The notes under the pieces were generated by a model, which did not search any database, was not told the DNA's origin, and saw only the letters and a program-made list of their open reading frames with translations. The position numbers and the translations under genes are program-made. This document shows, in pieces, positions 10,960-22,800 of a stretch of 64,000 nucleotides of DNA; position 1 is the first letter of the stretch; every line of letters starts with the position of its first letter. The stretch comes from Macrostomum lignano (Eukaryota): assembly GCA_002269645.1 (NCBI GenBank), contig NIVC01001177.1, positions 124,001 to 188,000 of the forward strand, read 5' to 3'.

Positions 10960-11962
10960 AAGTAGTAGTAGTAGTAGTAGCAGCAGAAGTAGTAGTAGTA
11001 GCTGTAGTAGTATAGAAGTAGACTACGATAAAGAAAAGTTTTTATGCGTTCTAAAAATCGCACTGTGATAATACTATCCAAATATTGAGTTGGGATTTAC
11101 TATGCACTAATAGGGTGGCAGATCCTAAGCAACCATAACCCTAAATCATGTGATGCCATCAGAGAAAACCGGCAACTCAAACCTGCGGTTCAGCCTGAGC
11201 TGGCAAACTGATTCGCGCTGCGATGCCTCTTAAATGATCATACTGGGTGGCATTGGCAAACGGCCGACAGTTCACTGGGTCGTCTGTGGCCGAGCCGCTG
11301 CCCAGGCTTGACGCTGACGAGGACGAAGCAGCGGCAGCAGCGGCGGCGGCTGCGGCAGCGGCGGCTGCGGCAGCGGCGGCAGCAGCTTCAATAGCATCCT
11401 CAGCGGCCAGCACAGACCACTCGCCGGTGTCTGACACCAGACGGGGCCTGCTGAGAATCGACATCACCAAATCGCTGTCGTCGCCATTGTTGTCATCGAC
11501 AAACCTTTCGCCGCCGCCGACGCTACCAGTGATTGATGACGAACTGGTTGAAGATGAATTGAACAGCATTGGAGTTACCCGGCTGTCAATCAGTTTCCAA
11601 TGACTGTGCTGATGGTGATAGCCGCCTGTACCAATACCTGTGATGGCGTCTGCGAATGCAGATTCACCTGCGCGGTCAAGGTGTTGAGGATAATAAGAGA
11701 TGTCAGGGTTTAACCAGTCGCCTGGCAGAGCCATAGGCTGATCGGCCTGCTGATGCAGCTGGTGCCCATCAAGCAGTGGACTGTGCGCTTTTGTTAATAA
11801 CAAACTGGAGCTCAGCAGTGTTATCAGGCACAATAGGCGACACAAACCAATGTCTGTGCTGATTGAATATCGCCTTCGATGATGATAATAATACTGCTGA
11901 TGGTGAATCCGATGCGGCAGTAGTATTGTCAGTAGTATGCGTAGCAGCATAGTTTTAGTCAT
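9292..11962 (-). CDS. TTC17: TTC17-like TPR protein with a C-terminal TM helix, complement(join(9292..9582,10000..10467,11183..11962)), about 512 aa
   Basis: Both introns are GT-AG and phase 0. NCR..QYDHLRGIAARISL followed by TPRs (ALNQAGNLLRYHG, VLLNLARVL, HFTLGEIL) resembles the TTC17 module. Poly-Ala tract in exon 1. Symbol means -like; orthology is not established. Confidence 0.7.
9650..9965. repeat. About 35-bp intronic tandem repeat (gtcaagccaagcctaaggacatcaaaggtcacagg)
   Basis: About 9 units, more degenerate toward lower coordinates. Confidence 0.85.
10625..10850 (+). mobile_element. tRNA-derived SINE (degenerate tRNA head plus about 150-bp body)
   Basis: A-box TAGCCTAGTGA at 10633 and B-box GGTTCGATGC at 10676 have tRNA-like spacing. 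The acceptor and T stems do not pair well, so it is not a functional tRNA. Confidence 0.55.
10888..11025. repeat. (TAG)n microsatellite
   Basis: Direct trinucleotide run. Confidence 0.95.
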
Positions 11963-12941
11963 GAGATTGAATAGTCATTATATTTCTTCATTTGACTGAA
12001 TGCAGATAGTTTTAATGTTCTTACATAAGAAATTTTAAGTACTTAACGTTATCCTTAATAATTTTTCCTTAGCTGATTAATTGAAGTAGCTTGTATCATA
12101 GATATATTATAATGATGACATTAAGATTGGTAGTAACTGGCACTAAGATTGATCTATATAAAAATGACATTCAATTTTTTTGTATCTTATTTGCTTCCAA
12201 ACTAATCTGCCTATAAGCTCTAACATTTTCTTTTTTGGCCATATAGAAAATTTCCTGTTTAATCTTGCTTGAATTTCATTTAACTTGTTTTGCATGGAAG
12301 TATTATTTTATTTATAAAGTGGTTCCTAAAGAATTCATACTCCAAAATGAATAAAGATTATAATAAAAATGCTATTTTTAATGGGGGGCAATAAAAGGCC
12401 ATAAGTACAGCAGATTCAAGGACAGGGGTGCCTTAAATTCACTGGCACCTTTTCCTGCTTGTTGCCAGAGAATCATAAAGACTCTTATGACAAATATAAG
12501 CTTTAATAACTGTTCAATCTAATACCTAAGAACAGTATAATACAATCTTTAATGACATCTTTTTGCTACAAAAAAATCAAACAATTATATTACTTCTACA
12601 AAAAAATGAATCATATTTTAAAGTTTAACATCAATAATATTTAGCAATTTTGAAAAGTTACTTTAGAAATGAAAAGCATATTTAAATTCAATATAGGTCA
12701 TATGAATTGATAGCTATAATCCACATTAGCAAAAGCCTACTTTATGAGAAAGCAATTAAAATATATTGGCAAAAAGACATTTTGGAAAGAAACTTGATCT
12801 ATTTGGGCAAATACATTTCAGTTTAATGGCCTTTAATGATAGCTTATAAGTATATGGCAAATGATTAATATTAGCTTAATGTATGATCTCTAAAATTGCA
12901 TAGGCTATATAACTTACACTTTGAACTTTTGACTAAAAATA

Positions 12942-13240
12942 CCCACTGGGAAAGGGAACATCAAAACAATGTCGAAATGATATCAAGATCTCGATTTCAT
13001 GTCATTTTAAAAAAAATGAAAATGGGATCGAAAAAATGATTTATTATTGCATAATTGTCCCTTTTTAGCCTTTTTTATATTTATTTGGCTTAAATTGGGT
13101 ATTTTTTCTATGTCATAAGTAAGTTGTTTTGTACGACATCGAAGTATTTTGTCGTATCAATGTTGTAACGACATCATTTTTTGCAATTGAACCCATATCC
13201 AAAGCATGACGTACTGACATTGTTGAAACAACATGGGTTA
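12942..13240. mobile_element. Degenerate MITE with CCCACT-type end
   Basis: TA-CCCACTGGG..aacaatgtcgaaatga matches the reverse complement of the right end of the 19638..19859 element. A degenerate right end lies near 13238. Confidence 0.35.
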
Positions 13241-13737
13241 CACATGGCATCACAGTTCTCCATTCCAGTTCAAAATCAAATTGCTATTTCATGTCATGCT
13301 TTAGTCAAGAAACTATTCTTAGCAGGCTGAGGAATTTTACTTGTTAGATCTATATTAATTGTATTAGTTGTGCAACTCGGATACTTCATACATAGGCCTA
13401 CAGGCTATAGTTACAAGCCAATTCAGTTTACAGTAGATATGATCATGCTTCATGTACATGGTTCTATTAGTAATTTTTTCAAACATGTGCATGTCATCTT
13501 AAATCTAATTTCAAATCATGATCAAATATCAAAGAATTGAAATCAATCTTTTTTATCCCTAATTAATTGAAATTTTAATGATTTACCTTATCAGTTTTGT
13601 CTATGCTAGGCCCTACTACAATTTAAATATAGACTAATAATACTTATGCTAATGCTAACCAATATCTAATTTTAACAAATCAGCAAATCTATTTAAGTGC
13701 TATTTCTAATTGGTGTAAAGACTAAGTAGACATGGGA

Positions 13738-13890
13738 CAGGCATAGCTGAGGGGAAGGGGACACTGGGGACATGTCCCCCCTGGAGGGCAAATTTTTTTA
13801 TTGCCTTTGTATTTTGCTTTTATTGCTAACATTGGAAATAGATTTATGGCTCTATCCCCCTCCCTGACGTGAATCCTGGCTATGTGCCTA
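13738..13890. mobile_element. CpG-decayed short MITE-like relic
   Basis: Ends caggcatagctgagggg and cctggctatgtgcct are imperfect inverted repeats; TG/CA steps suggest former CG sites. Confidence 0.35.
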
Positions 13891-14501
13891 TAAGTAGGCC
13901 TAGGCCTATAATATTGACCTAAAAATATGCTTGGCAATTAGGCATATAATATCTAGCATATTACAATGATAGTGCCATCATCCCATGGTAAATTTGTGTA
14001 CTATTATGTTTGCATATAGTGTAGCTGTGTCAAGCATATTTTTTTGGTCTTGGAATTTTTTAGCATATATGATATACATATAATTATATTGTAAGATTCA
14101 AAGTAGGATGTTGAATATATTAAAGTAAAACCAAGATCTATCTTATAAAAAGTATTAGACTATTATATATATTATCTTTTCAACTAATAGCATATTTATA
14201 ATCTATATCATAACCAACAAAGTAGAGAAATAAAATTTGCTTTTATTTATGCTTTTATCAATAGGCATAGACTTAGGCATAGACTATAGATATAGTTTTA
14301 GCTGTTTCCTTTTTGCATTCCTTTTTAAATCATAATATTAGGGCCTAGTCACTATTTTTAATATACGAGTATAGATATAGGAGTTGATTTATAATTTTAT
14401 ATCTAGTACATTTTTGCAAGCTAGAAAATTTGTAAAATAGGCATTATTAAATATATAAACAGATCTACAACTATTTGTCTACTACTAGACTAGGGTCTAT
14501 G

Positions 14502-14985
14502 AAATTTGCTTGCGAGAAGTTTGCTTGCCGAAGTTTGCTTGCGGGACTTTTGCTTGTGGAATTTTGCTTGCCGAAGTTTGCTTGCGGAATTTTGCTTGCC
14601 AAGGTTTGCTTGCCGAACTTTGCTTGCGGAATTTTGCTTGCCGAAGTTTGCTTGTGGAATTTTGCTTGCCGAGGTTTGCTTGCTGAACTTTGCTTGTGGA
14701 ATTTTGCTTGCCAAAGTTTGCTTGCCAAGCTTTGCTTGCGGAATTTTGCTTGCCGAAGTTTGCTTGCCGAGCTTTGCTTGTCAAACTTTGCTTGCCGAAT
14801 TTTGCTTGCAGGAAATTTGCTTGCTGCACATAAGCTTGCCAAAGTTTGCTTGCGGAATTTTGCCTGCCAAACTTTGCTTGCCAAATTTTGCTTGCAGGAA
14901 ATTTGCTTGCCAAATTTTGCTTGCAGGAAATTTGCTTGCAGGAAATTTGCTTGCCGAACTTTGCTTGCAGGAAATTTGCTTGCTG
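14502..14985. repeat. About 19-20-bp satellite built on tttgcttgc
   Basis: About 25 variable units. Confidence 0.9.
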
Positions 14986-16120
14986 ATTGAGGTTCACTAT
15001 CCAAAGTTTTTTTAGCGGAACTGTAAAGAACCAATTTTTGAGCTCTTTTATTTCTAATTTTCATTTTGTATAAGAATATGGCGGATTTCAAAAGCCCTAA
15101 TGCAGAAATGGAATAATTCAGGTTTTTTACTGGGAATATATTTCAACAAAAATTGGACAACAATACATGTCAAATGATTTAGGCAGCAAAATGTACAGAA
15201 TAGATTTTCCATATATAGCATGTACCACCGATCTGTGAATTGTTGACTCGTTAGGATACCCAATGCTCTGCAGTAGCGGATTTAGTAGGGTAAGCTGGGT
15301 GAAAACTTAAAATTTGGACGTCTCTAAATGTCTATTCTATATTTCGTGTCATTCTAAGCAGGTAAACCAAAGTTTTACCTGTCTCTCTTGCTGCTGATCA
15401 GTAGTAACCGCTGGTACTTAATTCTCCTTCTTAAAAGTTTTCAGGTCATTTTTGTGAAGAATTTTCCCAACATGCTCTGCCTTTTCTTTTTATATGGAGA
15501 ACCTTAATATCATACAAATATATTCGTATATATATACGAATAATATATGAGTACATATGCATATATATATATATATTATATATATATACATTTGTGACTG
15601 CTTTGTTTTTCAATCTAAAGTTATTTAACTGGCTTTGTTTTCCGTTCTGTTTGTACTTTAAAAACATACTAGAATAAAAGTAGTGTATTTTTGCATTGCG
15701 GGATTAATGCTGAACATAAAGAGTGCATGTAAAAAGTGCATGTAAAAACAAAACGATTTTATAATAACTTGTATAATAATGTAACGCTCATTACCTCCAC
15801 GGAACTTTGGGTTCTATTTTAGCTTTCGTTCCTCGGTGACAAGTACACTACTACTAGTACTCGTGCAAATCCACTAGTCCAAGTTCGTTTACATTTTTAT
15901 ACAATTAATATTAGTATATGCATTCATTAGCATCACTACAATTATCAACCTGCTCAGTGCTGAAATCAGGAACTAAAAAGATTTATACTATTACTGATCC
16001 CTAACTACCTATATTGAATCTCTAATCATTATACGAGTCGTATATACTAATTCTTAGAATGAAACTCTATACACCTAGTTTGAAAGCTTAGTGTCAAGTC
16101 AGTTTATGTCGACGCTGATA

Positions 16121-17103
16121 AGAATCTTTCAAAGCAGGAGGCTGATCGAGCTCCCCCCAATCACAGAGTGCGTGGCCCCGCTTTTGCCAATGACTGTGCA
16201 CCAGAATGCTCCAACTGCTGTTCGTAACCCTGAATGACCAGTCTGTGCCATAAATGGGCGATTTGCTAATGATGCGCAGCCATACATTAATGCCCTACAG
16301 AGTCGCGGCATCGATGCATTCTCGACTGAGGGTCAGACCCATCTGCTGCTCCTTCTCATGAGCGAGGTGGCTAAGCTCTGTTCCCAATTGGTGGATGTCC
16401 AGGGCGATAGGCGGACAGACCAGGGCAGTAATATGTCGAGGTCGCCAATACACGGCATTCCGATAGATAGGCTTGTCTCGTTGACCCGGAATTTAAATCT
16501 GATGTGGTGAGTGATACCAACTATACTTTCCAATGCCAGCATATGCCATTCATATATAAAGTGGTTTTTTACTCCATCATGTTTGTCAATGTTGCTTATT
16601 ATTTCACTTCCCATACATATCCAACAACAGTACTATCAGACAATTTTTAGATATTATTATATCCTAAAAGATATTTTGCATTTTAGGTACATTGCTTGCA
16701 ATGCCTTGGAGGCTCGTCTTGTGATCTTGTGATCTTGGAGAACTAGTCAGGATTACCAAGTGAAGGGCCAACCTACTGGGGGCACAAAGGTCAGCATTAT
16801 TGAATGCATTGAGCCGTTGATCATTGGTGAGTAGTTAGCCTTTTATAGTCCCACTAATCTACTTTATGAATGATAATTTTTCACATATTACGATGTTGTT
16901 TTGGTAAAGTATACACTTACCAAAAAGAAGAGACATTTGGTAGGAAAAAAGTTGTATACAGATAGTCCTTTTAAATATCACTCTACTTTTCAGATGCAAT
17001 GTCAAGTACCCAAATGACAGACGCAGCCGTCGGGGCCCACATTGGTCAATACCTGCGAGACGCGAATCAGCGACTGGGGAGGAGGATTGAAGTTAAACAG
17101 TGA
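16121..17103 (+). pseudogene. Spliced, degraded DUF4806-like gene (segments 16121..16506, 16687..16826, 16994..17103)
   Basis: Canonical splice sites. Peptides DPEFKSDV-VHCLQCLGGSS, DYQVKG..K..IIDA and TDAAVGAHIGQYLRDANQRLGRR recall DUF4806 (GG, W/YxG, WLxxAxxR). Contains an in-frame stop and frameshifts. Confidence 0.5.
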
Positions 17104-17231
17104 CAATGACAAAACAACATCTACGCACGCGCACTGCTTATTTCCCCTCATTGGATCTGGTCCAAAATCCTTTATAGGGTCAGACCTACTTTACATGATA
17201 GCCAACAGGGAACCTATACACCCTCTGACCA

Positions 17232-18760
17232 TTGCTTCTTAAAGCCGCCATACCCAGGTACCACACTCCTCCAGTGATGGATCCTCTTCAACCACGAATC
17301 CTCATGCTCCCAAGTCCCAGATATTGCAGTCGTCATGCCCACATTACTTTCCAATGTGATTCTTTCCACTTCAAAGATCTGCCTATTACTCCTGTTCTCA
17401 ATATTAATATCCTGTCAGTGCAGTCCCAGGGCTGGTCTGGCCACACCCAGGGGTGTAGTGGAGCCAGCACTGGATGCAGCTTAATGGATTGGCAGTCTTG
17501 GCAACTGCTGGCAACCGACTCGATGTCAGCATCCATTCCTGGCCACCAGACGAAGGTTCTGGCGACACTTCATCCGGGCCATGCCAAAATGTTCCAGGCC
17601 ATGCTGAATGCGAGTTCCCCAGATCACGCAGCCATTTTCCATGCTTAGCTCTAGTCCATGACAAAAGTAGGGCTCGAGCCGACTCTGGCCAGCCAGTGTT
17701 TATCATCCGGAGAACATCTCAGAGCTCCTCATCTCGCTTCGTTGCTGTCGCTACATCCGCCGCCATCAATGGGAACTTGCCCGTCAGCTGACAGACCAGA
17801 TTGTTGTGTGGGCTATTGTCCTTCATCTGCAGGGACAAGCGAGACAGGCCGTCTGCATTGCTGTGCTAAGCAGTCTTGCGGAACCAGATGCTGTAGCTGT
17901 ACCCTGACAGCAGCCGTGCGCATCTCTGAAGTTGCCGTGCTGCAGTCGGGGAGATGCCAACCTTCGGCCCGAAAATTGTCATCAATGGCTGATGAGCCTT
18001 AATAATCGTGAAGCTCGCGACTTTCTGATCCTTCAGCTGCCTGAGGCTCTCGTTGAAAACATCAGCGAACTCCTCTAGCATCTGGTCAAGAGGCCCACTG
18101 TTCTGCGCTGGCACCTGGCTGATCTGGTTGGCAAACAACTGAGTCCAGTTGAGTTGCACTTTTTCCAGCCAATTGAATCCTAGCAATGGGCAGGCTCTGG
18201 TCTGACTGGTGACCACCAGCGGCAGCTTATCATACTGTCTACCGTCGTAGTTGACCTTGACCTTGGCTGTTCCCTTGACTTGTATTGGCTTGCCTGTCCA
18301 GGTCCGGAGTTGCAGGCGTGTTGGTGTCAGCCAAGTTTGGCTGAGCTGCTTCCACACCAACTCCGGTACGAGGCTGACTCAGGCACCAGTGTCCAGCTGC
18401 ATGGTGAGGGGCTGGTCATTCACCAGCAGGCTTATGCTGATCTTCTTGGCTGATGCAGAGACTTGCGAAATCCTGTCTGTTGCTGCTTCCTCATCCTCAT
18501 CCATTTGCATTGCGTGCGCTGGTCTGTTCTCTGGCCTTCCGGCTTTCGTTGTACTGGAGGCTTTCTTGGTTGAGCGGCAAACTTTCTGCAGGTGTCCAAC
18601 TTTACCGCAGTTGTGGCACTTTTGAGTCTGGCACTACCTGCTGGACTGAGCTGACCTCTGAGCTCGATTTCCACTGCACAGTTTCCGACTGCAATCTCCG
18701 CCGCAAGGGAAATTTTCTTGGCCACATCCTAGGCTTACTAAACAAACTCCACCCCTACCA
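17232..18760 (-). mobile_element. Internally deleted Ty3/Gypsy relic (gag knuckle, protease, RNase H tail, integrase Zn finger)
   Basis: CHNCGKVGHLQKVC, DTGA protease region, TWTGKPIQVKG, EEFADVF, HQPLMTIFGPK..RQLQR, HPG..WPGMDADIESVASSCQDC. RT and integrase core are absent; no LTRs found. Confidence 0.85.
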
Positions 18761-19107
18761 TGGGGCCCCACCCCATAAGTCATGACATACGTCATTGCAC
18801 CACCTTGGTTAATTACCAATTAGAACTATGGGCTAGCTCTATAATACTAATTTAAGATTATTTAGATGCTTCTCATTGAGTTTTTGCTTTATGCTGTTAT
18901 CAAATTTGCTTTTTCTTCTTTTTTGAAGTTTTCCCTTTTTTGTGGTTCAATGTTTTCACAGTTTCTTTATAATGCTCGCTATAGCTCATTGAGCCCTGTT
19001 ATCAAATTTTAAATTTTTTGCACTTAGTTTACTAATATCACTCTTATGTTACTGTTACCAAAATAGTTTTTAGTTTTTTTACTTTTAGTTTATGGGTTAC
19101 AAACTTT

Positions 19108-19117
<10 letters not shown>

Positions 19118-19162
<45 letters not shown>
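19118..19162. repeat. (CT)n microsatellite
   Basis: Direct dinucleotide run. Confidence 0.9.
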
Positions 19163-19165
<3 letters not shown>

Positions 19166-19637
19166 CTATTCTTCTCTCACTTTCTCTCTTTTGTCTATTT
19201 CTCTCTCCTTTGTTCTCTTCTTGCCATGGTTATGTTTCATTTCACTAGCAGAAAAAAATAATACAAATTATACTTTTTTGTAATTATCTTCTGCTATTAC
19301 CTTGTGTGCCATTATATTTAAATACTAAAAATGGTTTGTCTTACATACAACCCTTTACTCATTTCAATACTTGCACAATAATTAAATTTACTAGTTTTTC
19401 TACAACTATAGCTATAGCATACTGGCACAAAATGGTATGCCTGTATGATCTGTGTGATTCTATGCATTTGTCTATCATTTTATACTGGAGCTTGAGTGAA
19501 GTTGAGCCAATAGTAAATTTACCATCTAGCAAAGAATCATTTTAAGCTATTCTACTTGTATATAATAGTTTTTATGGCTTAGAAAATGTTAAGCAGGACA
19601 TTATCTTTAGCAGATAGATTAAATTGCATTTTACGAC

Positions 19638-19859
19638 ACCCGAGGGCCGCGAAAACTACATGAAAATGAATATGACATCAATATGACATTGCGACATATA
19701 TACAATGTAAAAACAACGTATATACAATGTCAAAACAATATATATACAATGTCAAAACAATATAAATACAATGTCAAACAATGTAGTAGGGTGGGAAAAA
19801 CCACAACGTCGAAACGACATCGCAAAACGACATCATTTTGACATTGTTTTCCTAGTGGG
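19638..19859. mobile_element. Degenerate MITE of the same family as 12942, with internal short tandem repeats (tatatacaatgtcaaaacaa)
   Basis: Right end gacattgttttcctagtggg-TA; degenerate left end acccgaggg. Confidence 0.35.
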
Positions 19860-22800
19860 TACAATATAGTTTTGTAGCTTAATTAAACACAATGTAAAAA
19901 TATTTAATTTGTGTTTCATTTTGTTAAAAGTAAGTTTTTCACTTTGCAACTTACCACTATTTAGTATAATTTATGCTAGACTAGGTTTTACTTTGTTAAT
20001 AATAGTTTTACTTTATTCATTCATTTATTTTTATTTAGGTCCTTATTATATATTTATATATTATATATATTTACTATATAAAAAACCTATTATAACTTTG
20101 ATAGTAAATACATTATAAGGCATATAGCAATATCATTAAAAAATTAACTAATCTATACATATGAAAATATAAACTCTGTTTGCACATATACAAATTTGTT
20201 TGCTGTAGACTTTTAAATTGTACAACTAAATAATACCAAAGGTGGGGTAGGTGCTAAATTTAGCATCCACCCTAAAAACACATGACTAGGCCTACAATAG
20301 CAGAGTTAAAGAGAAGGGGTATAAAGGACATGTGTCCCTATTGAGTTTATTTTTTCATTGTTTATATAGCCTATATAGATTATATTATATTATCATGTAT
20401 TATCATACACATATCTTAATAATCTGTCTCCCATTCAAAATTTTTTAGATCTATGCCTATTGGATTAAGCAAATGGTTTATTTATTTTGTACAGAAGTAT
20501 ATAATATATATTTCATTAATATATCATAATTTCATTAAATTTTCTTATTAGAAAAAAAACCAAAGAAAAAGTATATTGGTATATATTTTAGAATGTGTCA
20601 AATGTTCTCATTTATTACCAAACCAAAGTGGCTATTACCAAATCTTATTACCCCCTTTTCCACACATCCCTGGATAGAATTTTTGTATGCATTCTAAATG
20701 TATTCCTTACAAATTGATAAAAAACTTGCACAATAAATACAATATTTATAGGTTTTTTGTGCAAAAAAACTTGTATGACTTTATTTGAAAATGTTGCAAA
20801 TTGCACTTGTTATAATAAAACAAAATTATTGCATTTAAAAGCAAAGCTACTAAGCATGACAATAACATTATTTAGAAGAATATAAATTTTGTTTTTTGGT
20901 ATTTATTAAAATATTATAGAAAAACCTATAAATCGCTGTTTATCAAAGTCAAGTCCAAAAAATTTGCACACAATTTACTATTCCAAAATTGTCATGAAAA
21001 GATTCTATCCTGCCATCTTAGCATATATCTAGCCTCACTTAATCAATTAAATTAATTATATAATTATTATGTTAATTAATATAATTGAATATTATGTTCA
21101 AAATTAAAATCAAGTATATATTAAAAGTATACTACTTAGTACTTGAGTTACCTTTATATAAAGTCTTAAGACTAAGTCAAAATTAAAGTTGTCATTTTGA
21201 AGTTGAAATGTTTATATCTAACTCTAATGACAATGTCATTATAATATATTTAAGATCATGTATAATTTCAATTTTAAATATGGTGATTTCAACTAAACCC
21301 CATGGCTGTCTCTAATATAAATTTATACGATAAAGGCAAAGCTAAATATATTTTTATATCATGATCATATATACAGTATAGCTGTATAGTTAAGGTCAGG
21401 CGGGATCCCAATCCCGAAATCTTAGGATCCCAAGGTCCAAGGAAAATTGGATTTCTGCGAGATTGGGATCCCAACCTAAAAAAACGGGAATTGGGTACAG
21501 ATCTTTTAGTTTAAAATTTGTAGAATTTTTTATTGCTTTAATGCATTTTGTTTTAATTATACTTGTTACATTGTTATCAGTTATCAGTCAGTAGGCCTAG
21601 TTACTTTAATAGCTAATATTTTTTTTAATTTTTGTCTATGTTATGTTATATATCTTTTTTATTTGTCTATATAAACTTACAAATATACAAATTACAATAT
21701 ATTTTAAAGACCTGATACCAATTCCCAGATCCTGAAATTATTCCAGATCCTGATCCCATCCAATGATTTCAATCCCTTCCAACCTCTACTGTGTATAGGG
21801 CATATACAAGATCATGTTAATAAAATCATAATCCTTCTTGATCTTTGGCTTTTATAGCTTTGTTGGCTATCCTGAAGAATCATTTGTTAAATTATATTTA
21901 TTGTTTAATTGATTCTTAGACTTAGCACTTGAGGAGTCCAAAAAAGCTTACTAGGCCCCTAAATTAAGTCACATTATAATAAGCATTAGAACAGAAAAAC
22001 AGCAACTTTGTTTTTCTAAGCAATATGTAATTGTCTATAGGGTTTGTTACATTGTTTGTTGCCCTGCACCTTTTTGCTACTATGCACGGACACTCCGTGA
22101 AGGATGTTGTGACTATCTGAAGTGAATTCCCTATACATCTCTACCTATAAAAGTCAAAACTCTGTGTGTGTGTTTGGACAATTTTGATCGTATATAATAA
22201 ATCGATTCACAGAAATCGTGAATCCATTTGAAATATTGACTTAAAATAAAGTATGGCAACAATATGTTTATAAAGTTGTGTTTCCTTTAGTAACTAGTAA
22301 TATTGAAGTACACAAAGATTTTAATGATAAATTTATTTTGTATTTTTAATATAAATAAGATACTTTGTTATGCCTATTAAATGCTTCAATGGTACGATTT
22401 AAATTAGTGTAATTACAGAATTACTTTCTACATGGCACCACCAGAACACCAAGAGAAAAATAGCGATTTAGATATTGGATTACATGAACCATAAGACTTA
22501 ATTTGTTAGCTTCAGTGCCATCCTCTCTTTTCGATTCATTAGTATCTCCGGGCCTTTTTGAGTATTGAAATACTTGGATTGAATACTTTTGTTATAGACA
22601 TAAATTCATAATCCAAATTACATAGGCAGATCCACACAAGACCACATCTGATAGTATTTCCATTTACTTAAATGCGTTTTATTAAAAATAACATATTTTA
22701 TAGGCCAATTTGTTAGATAAAGTGTCCAATTTCAAACAATTAGGCCTAGGCCTAGCCACAGGTATAGATATGGATCCAGAAAATTTTGAATAGGCCTAGG

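Noticed and set aside
17100-18850. LTRs of the Gypsy relic
   Set aside because: No direct repeat, PBS or convincing PPT found on either side.
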